Origin: a virus
Lineage: Duplodnaviria > Caudoviricetes
Reading direction: 5' to 3' (one strand)
Virus record (IMG/VR): IMGVR_UViG_3300010348_001841
Length of the DNA: 64,000 nucleotides
This document shows, piece after piece, positions 1 to 9,829 of the stretch. Position 1 is the first letter of the stretch. Each line of letters opens with the position of its first letter. The translations under genes were made by a program, and so were the position numbers. A model generated the notes under the pieces. That model was not told the DNA's origin. It was given only the letters and a program-made list of their open reading frames with translations, and did no database searches.

Positions 1-499
1 CAATTTCTATTATTATATTATTTATGTTAAAGTCAACAAAATATCTGTCAATTTGTTTCTGATGTTCAAATTGTATATTATTTTCTACCAAAAAGTCAAA
101 TGCAACCTTCTCCGGATATGTCATTTTATTTCTGTTTCCAGCGAGTCGTCTATTAGGATGTGTTTCTGGAAAATTCTTGTGTAATTGCTTGCGCCATAAA
201 GACTTTTCTTCTTTCCGTTCATCCGTCCAATATTCATCGGAAGCTATAAACGGCTTCCATCCTAATTTTACTTTATTAGAAAAACTTAGGCCGCCGGCAG
301 ATAATTTTTCTGCCAATTCTGGATTTAATTCCTTTGTTTTTCCCTTATTCCAACTCGGTGGTAATTTATCTAAATTTTTTTCTAACCAACTTGGTTTTCT
401 ATCCGGATTAAGTTTGCATAATCTCTCATGTCCTATGAGAGATAAATTACTATTTCGTTTAGCTGGATTATTACAGTATTTACATATAAAAAGCGTCAT
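1..499 (-). CDS. Zn-finger plus DUF559/Vsr-like endonuclease, truncated by window start
   Basis: Hand-translated from ATG 499: MTLFICKYC..HERLCKLNP..SWNKG..YPEK..FEHQKQIDRYFVDF..IIIEI; late-type ATAAATA motif just upstream. Confidence 0.7.
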   Translation of the reverse strand, partial: MTLFICKYCNNPAKRNSNLSLIGHERLCKLNPDRKPSWLEKNLDKLPPSWNKGKTKELNPELAEKLSAGGLSFSNKVKLGWKPFIASDEYWTDERKEEKSLWRKQLHKNFPETHPNRRLAGNRNKMTYPEKVAFDFLVENNIQFEHQKQIDRYFVDFNINNIIIEI

Positions 500-534
500 G
501 CATTATTTATACAAAACAGACGCATTAGCCCATT

Positions 535-786
535 TTACTGACCACGCTTTCTAATCTTAATCTGTTGCCTTATGACTGTAAAAATCCAGTAAAGAATCAC
601 CAAGGGAAAACATATCCACCAAGGTGTACCAATTACCCATTTTAGTACAATGCCAATAAGTGCTAACGCAGTCACACAAAAAACAAAGATAACAATAATT
701 CCGTTCACTAAATCGTCGTCCTTGCTCTTACCTGGAAAATATTTCACAAATAGGTCGCCGAGACGATTTAATAATTTTTCAATCAT
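535..786 (-). CDS. small membrane protein
   Basis: Two hydrophobic segments; ORF 535..825 with likely start MIEKLL. Confidence 0.5.
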   Translation of the reverse strand: MIEKLLNRLGDLFVKYFPGKSKDDDLVNGIIVIFVFCVTALALIGIVLKWVIGTPWWICFPLVILYWIFTVIRQQIKIRKRGQ

Positions 787-984
787 AGTACCAGCATTCC
801 CAGCCAGCAAACAAATGCCGTCCAAATCAATGCACTATACAAGGTAATGACACCATACTCTGTATCATATGGACCAACCACACCCGGCACTATAAACATG
901 CCAATAACCCATACAACAGAAATAAGAAAAACAGTAGTCATTACATTCCTAAATTCTTGCTCGTGTGTGGTTTTCCAGCCCACT

Positions 985-1640
985 GGTCACTAACGGTTCG
1001 GCCCCCGGCATCTCTTTCATATCCTAGGATATTTAGGCGGTCCATGCTGCCTTGAGTTATTTACAGTAAATCTCACAAAACCTACTGACTTCAATGAGGC
1101 AGCCAGTTTCAACCTCACTTCGACATGAGAGAGTCGAAGTCGCCCCAGCACACCTTTTACATGCGGTGCTCTACATGTGGAAATCGTGTTTCGCTCAGGC
1201 TTCTTCGCTCACCTTCACTATCGTTTCAACTCACGTGGCAGTTTGTGGTTCATACCAGGGAATTCGGATCTCACGGTCACCGTTATCGACTATACAGACA
1301 TAGTCCCGTACCAACATCATTTTATAAGTCAAGGTTAACTTATCTCCGCTTGAAGAACCTCTGTGAAATTGATGTACATCTAAATTCCACTAAGTCACCT
1401 TCTCGCTTTATAGTCGGGAGAACAGACTCGAATTCTTGCTCGCTGTTGCCAACTTGTGGTAGCAACCTGCTCAACGTTTCAGCTCACGCCCCAGGAAAGT
1501 ATGGGTCCTCATCCCTCGATAACGTCGGGACACGTCGGCCAAATTTTGTAGGACTTCGGCGACCTTACCGGAACCTTTTACATCTAGGCCCCCACGGGGC
1601 CCTTTATACCGGCTTGATGACAAGTTATAATATCCAATAA
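985..1640 (-). ncRNA. large structured ncRNA candidate (about 650 nt)
   Basis: No credible ORF, GC-richer than flanks, many hairpins, thrice-repeated GTGAG-(G/C)TTGAAAC-like motif; directly downstream of tRNA-Val. Confidence 0.55.
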
Positions 1641-1649
1641 ATTGGATTC

Positions 1650-1724
1650 TGGTGGGTTGTGAGAGCATCGAACTCCCGACCTACGCGGTGTAAACGCGCC
1701 GCTCTGCCACTGAGCTAACAACCC
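1650..1724 (-). tRNA. tRNA-Val(TAC)
   Basis: Cloverleaf, loop TTTACAC, encoded CCA. Confidence 0.9.
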
Positions 1725-1748
1725 AAATTCTTAACAACTGCGTCTATT

Positions 1749-3576
1749 TTACCCCTGTAACACCATTGCTGTCAAGTCTGGCGATAATGTACCATTCAAT
1801 AAGGTAAATTTATGTACCATGTCGCCCCTCTCTTCTATTTGCCAAGTGCATTCATTCCACGTAAAATTTGCAATGGTTCTATCACCGGTACTCTTAGTGG
1901 AATCATCAATCCAACAAACGGCACCGTTAATAATTGCCCTTCGTAAAAGAGGATAAAGGTCTTTAGTGAAATTTGTACAAATAATGTCGGATTTGTGTGG
2001 CCACATTACCTTACCTTGCCTTCGAGTTTTAACATCAGAAATTCATCTTCGGGAAAGGCACCGCGACCCTCACAGAATTCACATTCCTCATAACACTCGG
2101 TGTGACCGTTTGGATACAGCCTCGGGACCATTATTTCGCCCTTGCCCTTGCATTCACGGCATAGGTATTCTTTTTCTTCCATTATACTACGAATTCCTCT
2201 TTGACTGCAACCAACGAGCAAGTCCTAAAATTCCAATTGTAAATCAAGGTGTACTTATGAGGATATGATGGTTTGTTGTTATCTTCAAGGAACATAATTT
2301 CTGGATGTTTATTCATCACAGCATCACGGAGAACTTTAAGACTGTTCTCTGATTTCAAAGTAACAATGGTTACTTCCGTTCCTAATAGTTTTTCATTCAT
2401 GATAATCCTTAGGTGTTGTAGGTATCGAAATCTCCAGGCCGGGTGGCGCCTTCGACAGGCTAAAAGGTCTTTCACCTAGTCTTGTATACTTAAAGTAGTG
2501 TGCTCCTGCGAGACTATTTCCTACAACTGATATTTATTTCAGCCCCTTACGCTTTTTCCAATCTTCGACATCAAATGGCTTCACATCACGAAATTTATCA
2601 AATGTCGGCTCTGTCTTCGACACCTGTTTTTCCTTGTACCAGATATAGGGCCAAAGTATAAAAAGAAGAATTACGAAGAATAAGGACCCGAGGACACTCA
2701 GTCCACTATTTCTAAGCATTCTATAGGAAGTCATGTCAATCCTTTAAGATAATTTTATATTCGCCAGATTGAATCTGATCAAACATATCTCTTAGGACGC
2801 TAAGGTAGGCCGAAGGACCAGTGAAGCTCATACGAGTTTCGTTCTTTTCCGCTTCCTTGATTGCGGTATTCAGGGCAGCAAGGAGAGTGTTGCGGTAGAC
2901 TTCCATTATACTTTTACCTTTGTATCGTGAATAATAAGTTCAATTTTTTCACGAATAACAGGTACACTTAGTTCCTGCAGACGAGCCGTGGCCGTATTCA
3001 TTTTAGTCCACATTTGTGGGAAATCATTAGTATGTGTGGTCAGATAGAAGAAGTTTTTATCGCCCAGAACTGGATCTCTGGCAATCTCAGAGGTCTTCCA
3101 GTGTAGTTCCCTGGCAATAGAAGATGCGGTTTCGGCGTATTCAGTCGAAACAGTGATATGACATTCGTACAACATTATTTTGCCGTCTCGACGTTTTCTT
3201 TAATTTCAGGAATAGCAGATAGGAGACCTTTTGCAAAATCTTCAACAGATTTTACATCTGGAAATTTGATGATTGTACTATCGCCGACATGGATAAAAAT
3301 GCCCTCGTCAAAACGATCGCCATCCTTATCATAGAGATTTACGCTAAAATAAAATTCCATATTTTCTTTCTATAAGATGATCTTATATCTCGGTGATTCA
3401 ATAAATTCTCTAAATGAATTATCAAATTCATCAATAATTGTAGTATTGATAGCCATCCCTGTCCTGACCTGCTGAATATGATTCCAGTAAGATTTTTCAG
3501 CTTGGCGCCAGCGATGATACTCGGGATGTTCTCTACGATAATACTCTTCTAATTCAGGTGTTAATGTGTCAATCAT
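1749..3576 (-). other. run of small hypothetical phage CDSs (1749-2006, 2006-2182, 2182-2400, 2534-2734, 2906-3175, 3175-3360, 3370-3576)
   Basis: Abutting same-strand ORFs with overlapping stop/start codons. Confidence 0.6.
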
Positions 3577-3584
3577 TTTATTTT

Positions 3585-3669
3585 TGGTGGGCAAGAAGAG
3601 ACTCGAACTCTTACGCCTTTCGGCGCTGGAACCTAAATCCAGTGCGGCTACCAATTACGCCACTTGCCC
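3585..3669 (-). tRNA. tRNA-Leu(TAG), long variable arm
   Basis: Loop TTTAGGT, V-arm CGCC-GAAA-GGCG, CCA. Confidence 0.9.
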
Positions 3670-4116
3670 ATTTTTCCGTTGTTGCCACCACAATTTTATA
3701 GCCTGTGATGTTTTTTGTCTATGCTCCACAGACTTTGGCTTGTCCTTGTTCCCAGAACCATGTTTATTTCCGGATTTGCCCCTTGCATTCATTTTGCAAG
3801 CCTGTTCATATCCATATTTTTCAACAGTCCTCTGCCAGACCGAACTGCCGTGTCCCTGATCTAATCGATTTTCCTTTGCTGTACCCCAATATAAATGATT
3901 AGGATTGCTACATTTTTCGTTATTACAAGCATGGCATATATGTATCTTATGCCCTGTCGGGATTGTGGTATCCAACAGGTGTGCCATCAATCCTTTACAA
4001 TAAGAAGATAAACCACCCTTTTGTGGTCCGCCCCGTTCTATACAGGGTTCGTGCAACCTAAGATGGCGCTGCCTATCTTCTTTCGGTAAGGTTATATATT
4101 CTTCAATCAGATGCAT
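3655..4116 (-). CDS. HNH (Zn-binding loop) homing endonuclease
   Basis: HICHACNNEKCSNPNHLYWGTAKEN motif; NUMOD-like C-terminus; stop lies inside tRNA-Leu. Confidence 0.8.
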   Translation of the reverse strand: MHLIEEYITLPKEDRQRHLRLHEPCIERGGPQKGGLSSYCKGLMAHLLDTTIPTGHKIHICHACNNEKCSNPNHLYWGTAKENRLDQGHGSSVWQRTVEKYGYEQACKMNARGKSGNKHGSGNKDKPKSVEHRQKTSQAIKLWWQQRKNGQVA

Positions 4117-4593
4117 GCTTTATTTATGCTAAACATAAAGAAAACACAAACTTTTATGTTTACTGTTTATGCAAGTTGTCAAAAAGTGCTTCTGTCTTTT
4201 GACGTGCCTGAAAACTCACATTTACAATTTCAACGCTTCCATCTACTTCTTCAAACATAACCAAGTCATCTCTCAACCAAGGCACGGGACCTTCAAAAAA
4301 AGACTCGGGAATATGTATGAAATCTACTTCACTAAGCTTGTATAAAGCCTTTTCGTTAGGATTTTCCATTCTTTCCTCTTAGTTTATCTTCAAGATAATC
4401 AAGGTGAGTATATTCCTTTATTACCTTACCGGGACGCATTATTTCAAGCTTTACAAAACTTTCAATTGAAGCCTCGGCTGCAAATAATGTCTTCTCTTTA
4501 GCAAGAGTGTTCCAGAGAATCCATCCCTTCTGCTGAATTAGATAAGGATAATCAGCATCATCACTGATTCTAATTCTATATCTAAATTTAATT

Positions 4594-4986
4594 TTATCTT
4601 TTGAGAACATTTGTTGGCTTTCCAGTGCTTCTTGCATAACGAATAGTCGTCCAGGTGCCACTACGAATAATCTCATTATCTGATTTAGGAGCACCGATAA
4701 GAAACTCGGTGTTATCGACAATCTTTTTATCCCTGGGCAGATAGGCCTCGGGTTCCTTATGCTCGTCTCCCTTTTTGAATGCTTGTCGGTACGAAGATTT
4801 CGGAGGATATACAACAATCTTCACTGCAGGAAAAAACATTCTTACGATGTCATGGGCCTCTGCGTCGGCACCTTCGCAATCACCATGATGGAATTCTGTT
4901 GGATTTAGATCAAGCATCAGAACAACAAATTGCTCTTTCTGATGCTGACTCATTCCTTCTCTAGTTCCGGTAAATCCAATTTTCAT
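4594..4986 (-). CDS. SLOG/DprA-like nucleotide-binding protein
   Basis: IGFTGTR, HHGDCEGAD, RSGTWTTIRYA motifs. Confidence 0.65.
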   Translation of the reverse strand: MKIGFTGTREGMSQHQKEQFVVLMLDLNPTEFHHGDCEGADAEAHDIVRMFFPAVKIVVYPPKSSYRQAFKKGDEHKEPEAYLPRDKKIVDNTEFLIGAPKSDNEIIRSGTWTTIRYARSTGKPTNVLKR

Positions 4987-5650
4987 TTTTTTGTTACCGG
5001 TTCATCAACCACACAGGTGCAATAGAGTCTGAATAGAATTGCAGTCTCCTCATCCTTGAAGGAATAAGATACCATTCTATTTTCGCCGTGGTCCTTTGGA
5101 TCAAGTCTTTCTGTGTGCATATTAGGGCCATGCTGACGGAAAAATCCACGAGGAAGTTTACCAATTTCACTAAAAAGTGTAGTAACCTTATAATTGAAAC
5201 TCATATTAAACCTTGGTTGAAAATTTTAATTTGAATGTGATTGCATCGCATTCATTTTTGAATCCGTAGGTTACCTCCCTACTTTTGTCAAACATACTCA
5301 ATGCTATATTGGAAACAACTATATAGTCAATCGGCGGGGATGATTCGATAAGCCAATCAACCAATTCAACCGGAGCAATTATGTCCTCGGTGATAATAGT
5401 CACCTTAAAGGGATAATATCTCTTTATGTGTTCAAAATCCTCAGTCGTTGCTGCCGAACCGTATTTTAAACGCAAGAGCATCTTCTTCTTTCTTAAAGTA
5501 GTAGTCTAATTCAGAAGTGTCTTCGCCGTAATCCAATGGATCTTTATAACGACGCCAGCTGTTCTTCTCTAGTTTATCTAACCACAGACCAACATTAGGC
5601 GACCAGTCACGACTCCACATCATTACATGATACGGATAATCCTCAAACAA
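4983..5650 (-). other. three short paralogous ORFs (4983-5204, 5206-about 5460, 5441-5650)
   Basis: Shared C-terminal motif YxFKxExxAxxF(K/R). Confidence 0.55.
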
Positions 5651-6089
5651 GTTCTTTAAGCTCCAGATACATCTTATGATACTTCTCGATTCGTTTAATG
5701 TCCTTCTCGGTAATCCCCTTCAGTCGACGAATGTCACTGTTATGGCGCAGATCAGCAAGCTTCACACGGATACCATCCTTGTTGGCCTTGATCTTAGCCA
5801 TATATTCATCATGCGACTCGCCGGGAATTTTTGTAACCGAAGCGATGCCGGCAAGAATACGCTCACTAAAGCCCATCTCACGAAGCATAGCATAGGTAAC
5901 ATATTTGCCGCGGTCTTCGATGAGATCGTGAGCCAATGCAATGCAACACAACTCTTCGTCGTCGGACTTCAGATAGTGCATTACCTTTAGGCAATGAAGA
6001 ACATAGGGAACACCACCCTTATCAAAGATACCGTCAAATTGTGACGTTACCAAAACAAGCATTTTATTGAGTGCTTCACCGCGCTTCAT
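5643..6089 (-). CDS. HD-domain hydrolase, SpoT/Mesh1-like putative (p)ppGpp hydrolase
   Basis: DKGGVPYVLH, ALAHDLIED, VKLADLRHNSD motifs. Confidence 0.75.
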   Translation of the reverse strand: MKRGEALNKMLVLVTSQFDGIFDKGGVPYVLHCLKVMHYLKSDDEELCCIALAHDLIEDRGKYVTYAMLREMGFSERILAGIASVTKIPGESHDEYMAKIKANKDGIRVKLADLRHNSDIRRLKGITEKDIKRIEKYHKMYLELKELV

Positions 6090-6110
6090 AACTTCTCCTT
6101 TATGACACTA

Positions 6111-6602
6111 TTATGCCATAGGGCTGGCGATGGCGTCAACAAGAAGTTGCTGATTATATCGATCAATAAAGAAATCTGGTGCATAGACATCACCATAATA
6201 TCTATACCAGTTTGGTTTCTCATTCAATCTCTGAGCGATGCGATCGATGTTTACCTGTATATCTTCTTTTGTAGGCCGCCAATTCATTTGGGTTATTCGA
6301 AGCCAGACAAGGGTATAATCAATTGTCTCGAAGTCAAAAGGAGCAATATTAAACCCACGCTGATGCAATTCATTAGTAAGATCGTTAAATCGCTGTTTTA
6401 AGAAAGGAAGTTTATTATAGAAGAATGTAACATGCCCTGCATTCAATGTATATTTAGGACTAATCTTCTCAATAATTGTTTCAACGGATTGTGTCTGCAG
6501 AGATCTTTTTGCCGCAGGTGCAATCATTTTGATTTCACGCCATTCGGCAAATAAATGCTGGTCGGCTAAATCTTCAACCCGAACTAAATTGATTCTTGTC
6601 AT
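6111..6602 (-). CDS. denV: pyrimidine-dimer DNA glycosylase (endonuclease V)
   Basis: MTRINLV..LADQHLFAEWREI, GHVTFFYNKL, KPNWYRY match T4 DenV. Confidence 0.9.
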   Translation of the reverse strand: MTRINLVRVEDLADQHLFAEWREIKMIAPAAKRSLQTQSVETIIEKISPKYTLNAGHVTFFYNKLPFLKQRFNDLTNELHQRGFNIAPFDFETIDYTLVWLRITQMNWRPTKEDIQVNIDRIAQRLNEKPNWYRYYGDVYAPDFFIDRYNQQLLVDAIASPMA

Positions 6603-6611
6603 AATAAAAAG

Positions 6612-6678
6612 ATGGATCACGGGTTCGAACCGTGTTCAGCATTGTAAAGAGGCTATGTTACCAAATACACCAATCCGT
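6612..6678 (-). pseudogene. degenerate tRNA-like element (loop CTTTACA; TTA or TAC reading ambiguous)
   Basis: Good D arm and T arm CACGG-TTCGAAC-CCGTG; only about 4-bp acceptor; no CCA. Confidence 0.5.
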
Positions 6679-6679
6679 G

Positions 6680-6755
6680 TGGCGCCTGGTGCAGGATTCG
6701 AACCCGCGACGCAAGGTGTTAGGGACCCCCGCTCTAACCGCTGAGCTAACCAGGC
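6680..6755 (-). tRNA. amber-anticodon tRNA (CTA), putative suppressor
   Basis: 76-nt cloverleaf; acceptor GCCTGGT/ACCAGGC, G73, CCA; anticodon loop CCCTAAC (C33). Confidence 0.8.
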
Positions 6756-6763
6756 ATACATCT

Positions 6764-6792
6764 ATTATGCATAGATGCAATATTGATGTCAA
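6764..6792 (-). promoter_or_regulatory. sigma70 promoter for the amber tRNA
   Basis: TTGACA-17 nt-CATAAT ending 8 nt before the tRNA 5' end. Confidence 0.75.
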
Positions 6793-7109
6793 TCGGTATG
6801 CTTGTACAGATTCCACCGCCTGAAGAAGTTTTGTTCTCTTCTTTCAGTAATGGGCTTTGTGCATAATGCACTGTAACCCATCGGACCGAAATCAGGCTCA
6901 TAGAACATATAGAATTCAATACCTCTTCCATCAATAGTATCTGCAATCCGCTTTAGATCATCTTGGTCCTTGGCAGAAAGAAGAATCATACTCGAGATCC
7001 CGTTTGTATCCTGGAATTTTTTGCCGGCCTCATAGCAAGCATGTCCAATCTGGACAATTTTTTGCTCAGGTGACAAATCTTCCCTGATAAACATATAGAT
7101 ATAGCTCAT
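6789..7109 (-). CDS. peptidyl-tRNA hydrolase, Pth2-like
   Basis: YMFIREDLS..KIVQIGHA, FYEPD, SALCTKP pattern of the phage PTH2-like family. Confidence 0.7.
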   Translation of the reverse strand: MSYIYMFIREDLSPEQKIVQIGHACYEAGKKFQDTNGISSMILLSAKDQDDLKRIADTIDGRGIEFYMFYEPDFGPMGYSALCTKPITERREQNFFRRWNLYKHTD

Positions 7110-7426
7110 TGTATTTCCTTTCCGTGGACCTTAATTTCCTTAGCATACGAAAGAAGTTGTTGCTTCTCCTCTTCATCAAGCCAGGTAATCAGGGTTGAAT
7201 TCTTGATTGCCCAAAGTGCTGATTCAAGAGATCCATACGGGTATGCACCGTTCTCAAGCTTAACGGGGTTGGTGATGGGTTTGAATGATTTCTGAAGTCT
7301 GCTAATCGCACCATTCTTGCCTTGTTCTTTGACAAGGGCCCTGTAAATGCACAGAGCAGCGATATCTTCACGAGTAATTTTACGTTCGGCAGCGAGTGCC
7401 TTCCATTGTTGACGAATGTCTTTCAT
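7106..7426 (-). CDS. hypothetical protein coupled to the Pth-like gene
   Basis: Start MKDIRQQ with AGGAAG RBS; ATGA overlap with next gene. Confidence 0.7.
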   Translation of the reverse strand: MKDIRQQWKALAAERKITREDIAALCIYRALVKEQGKNGAISRLQKSFKPITNPVKLENGAYPYGSLESALWAIKNSTLITWLDEEEKQQLLSYAKEIKVHGKEIQ

Positions 7427-7430
7427 TTTG

Positions 7431-7537
7431 TTCTTCCTATAAAAAATTTGTTGATTAGAAAAATTGCGTTGCACAAGATTGAGCTAATCAATTCTTAGGA
7501 AGAATTGTAATAAACCTACATCATAGTAGTTTCTCCA
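7431..7537 (-). promoter_or_regulatory. minigene ATG-ATG-TAG plus RBS-sequestering hairpin
   Basis: GGAGA RBS, minigene 7524-7516; TTCTTCCTA (7504-7496) pairs with TAGGAAGAA (7439-7431); inner stem TTGATTAG/CTAATCAA. Confidence 0.7.
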
Positions 7538-7650
7538 TATAAGTTGTAAAACTATTTAGTCTCAAAACGAGACACACAAATAAAATAGGTAAGATGTTGA
7601 TTATAAGTCAAGATCACAGATGTACGGTTATCAGCCTATACATATACCTA

Positions 7651-7826
7651 TGTTTATGAATTGTGTAGATCCTTCCGTCTTCAACACGGACGCGCCCGAT
7701 TGGCCGAAACCAATATACACTGTTATACACAATTCATAAACACAGCTATATTTGTGAATTAGGTAGTCCTTCTTTCAGCGCGTCCGCCTATTCGTGTGCC
7801 GCACACCGTTATACCTAATTCACAAA
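7651..7826 (-). ncRNA. two tandem homologous stem-closed RNA elements
   Basis: Perfect 17-bp (7651-7667/7726-7742) and 15-bp (7751-7765/7812-7826) inverted repeats; interiors share TAACRGTGT...GAAGGA. Confidence 0.65.
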
Positions 7827-7831
7827 CACAG

Positions 7832-7900
7832 AGCGTCCAGCCGGAATCGAACACGGTCTCCTAGTTGAAGCTAGGTATGTTACCATACACCATGGAATAT
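7832..7900 (-). ncRNA. tRNA-like element with 6-nt CTTCAA loop (possible opal TCA anticodon)
   Basis: D arm, perfect CCTAG/CTAGG stem, TTCGATT loop; short acceptor; no CCA. Confidence 0.55.
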
Positions 7901-7915
7901 GTGTTTGTTACCACT

Positions 7916-7944
7916 ACTTTAGTCACCTATTAGCAACCTGTCAA
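7916..7944 (-). promoter_or_regulatory. sigma70 promoter
   Basis: TTGACA-17 nt-TAAAGT. Confidence 0.6.
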
Positions 7945-8045
7945 ATGGTTGTGGCTCCATTCTAAAGTTGTAGGGGGCTCTTCCGATGCCCCCTCACCCG
8001 TCCAAAGCCAAAGCTGTAAGTCTTAGGGTGGATCATGCAATAAGA

Positions 8046-8939
8046 CTATAGCAGCTCGAGCGCTGTTCCGCAATCTGAACAGAATTTAGCATTCGCTTTA
8101 TTCAGATGTCCACAAGTGGTACATTTTTGTTTTGTCTTAACTGTGACAGGTTGCTTAACTTCGACTTCGCCTACTTTGCCAAACAATCTCAGAACAATTA
8201 CATGAGATTGTGACTCAGAATTAAAACCATAGACGGGAACAAATTCCTGGGATACCTTTGAACCTGCTACCGTAATGCCTGCCTCATTGGCTGTTTGGGC
8301 CTGATTGATGAATACGCTATCTGCTGTCGGAGTAGCCGCATTCATAGCAATTGCATCACCTGCAATAGTAGCTGAGGCAGAAGCCACGGCACTCTGCACC
8401 ACAGCGTCACCAAGGCCGCGAGCAGCACCGAGCTTGACACCAGAAATATCCCCACTCTTACTTGCAATGGATCCTGTTGTAGAATAGTATGGCCCTGTTG
8501 TCCAAGTTTGATGCCATGTCGGCCAAGTAGTCTCTTTTACAAAAATATCTTTGTAATAATTGGTTGTGTAGGTGTACTCATGAGCACGCTTTTCGAACCA
8601 GTATTCAACACTAATGATGCCATCCTCGGCTTTTATGCCGCGTGGTCCATTCTCAATCTTCTCAGTACGCTCGATAAATTTGAAGGCATTACCCTCTTTC
8701 ATATTACCGTTACGCATGAAACGCTTGATTTCTGTTTCGGAGTTTGCATTGACAACAATATCGTCACCCAATGCATCGTCGCCGTCAATGCGCAACCTAA
8801 ATTTCACACGACGGGAATCAAGGTTCTTTACAAGAACGCTGTATTCAGATCCAAATGGGAGTTTTACAATATCGCCGTTTTCGCGAAGGATTTTTCCGTT
8901 GTGTTTGATAGCCACAACGAGCTTATTTTGATACATCAT
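8046..8939 (-). CDS. hypothetical protein with C-terminal zinc ribbon
   Basis: CTTCG...FCSDCG. Confidence 0.75.
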   Translation of the reverse strand: MMYQNKLVVAIKHNGKILRENGDIVKLPFGSEYSVLVKNLDSRRVKFRLRIDGDDALGDDIVVNANSETEIKRFMRNGNMKEGNAFKFIERTEKIENGPRGIKAEDGIISVEYWFEKRAHEYTYTTNYYKDIFVKETTWPTWHQTWTTGPYYSTTGSIASKSGDISGVKLGAARGLGDAVVQSAVASASATIAGDAIAMNAATPTADSVFINQAQTANEAGITVAGSKVSQEFVPVYGFNSESQSHVIVLRLFGKVGEVEVKQPVTVKTKQKCTTCGHLNKANAKFCSDCGTALELL

Positions 8940-9082
8940 GATTTCCTTTTACTGCACACTGACTAAGTGCATAAGTTAAAGTCAGTTGGTTGTCCGGAAT
9001 GGACTATGGTATTTACCATCTTAAGATTGTAACATTACGAAACGCGATTGTCAAGAACGGTAAATAATGTAAAGGAGTTCAC

Positions 9083-9475
9083 ATGAAGAAACTTATTCTA
9101 ATTCTTGCTATCTTTTTATCAGCTTGTGGAACTATTTCCGGGCCAGCTAACTTTGATAACAATGAATATGCACTTGTCAATCGTATATACACCCTTGCCG
9201 ATGTATATAAATTAGGATGCAATGATCCTGAAAAAACAAAAAGAAACTTTGATAAACTTGCCGAATTATCAATGGAGCTTCTAAATTACAGCTCTGATTT
9301 ACCTAACAACCTCGATACGGTAAAATTAGTCAATCCACTAAATAAGATGATTTCAGATGCTGATATAAAATTCAATCAAGAAGCCCATACAGTGACCTAC
9401 TGCAAACTAAAACTTGATAATATTAATACATCTGCAGGCATTGTGAAAGAAGCAATTGCAAAAAGGAGAAGATAA
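9083..9475 (+). CDS. lipoprotein
   Basis: Signal peptide with LSAC lipobox; AGGAG RBS. Confidence 0.75.
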   Translation: MKKLILILAIFLSACGTISGPANFDNNEYALVNRIYTLADVYKLGCNDPEKTKRNFDKLAELSMELLNYSSDLPNNLDTVKLVNPLNKMISDADIKFNQEAHTVTYCKLKLDNINTSAGIVKEAIAKRRR

Positions 9476-9741
9476 TGGATTTTAAGCACGATCTTGCCGA
9501 ATTACTCGGTTCCAACAATGCAATAGCACAAAAAATTGCACAACAGGTCAAGAATATTAACGATGCACTCGAGGCAAATGCTATTTCTGCGACTGAGGCA
9601 GAGGATTTACTGAAAGATATAGAAGTTGAAAAACAATTACTTGTTCTTGCCGACGATTTGAAAGCAAAGATACTTGTTCAAAAAGTTATTGACGGTTTGG
9701 TAAGCATCATTACTAACTTTTCATCATTCATTAAGCCATAA
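9475..9741 (+). CDS. hypothetical protein
   Basis: TAATG coupling to the lipoprotein gene. Confidence 0.7.
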   Translation: MDFKHDLAELLGSNNAIAQKIAQQVKNINDALEANAISATEAEDLLKDIEVEKQLLVLADDLKAKILVQKVIDGLVSIITNFSSFIKP

Positions 9742-9743
9742 AA

Positions 9744-9763
9744 ATGGGGACCGAGGTCCCCAT
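9744..9763. terminator. hairpin terminator between convergent genes
   Basis: ATGGGGAC-CGAG-GTCCCCAT. Confidence 0.7.
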
Positions 9764-9829
9764 GGTTGTTTGGATTATAAGGTATTTCCTACCCCATTCG
9801 CGGCCGTTTTTTAGGCGGCTAGAGCGAGA

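Noticed and set aside
7651-7826. CRISPR mini-array or hammerhead ribozyme
   Set aside because: Repeats are inverted rather than direct with spacers; no cas genes; no CUGAnGA core
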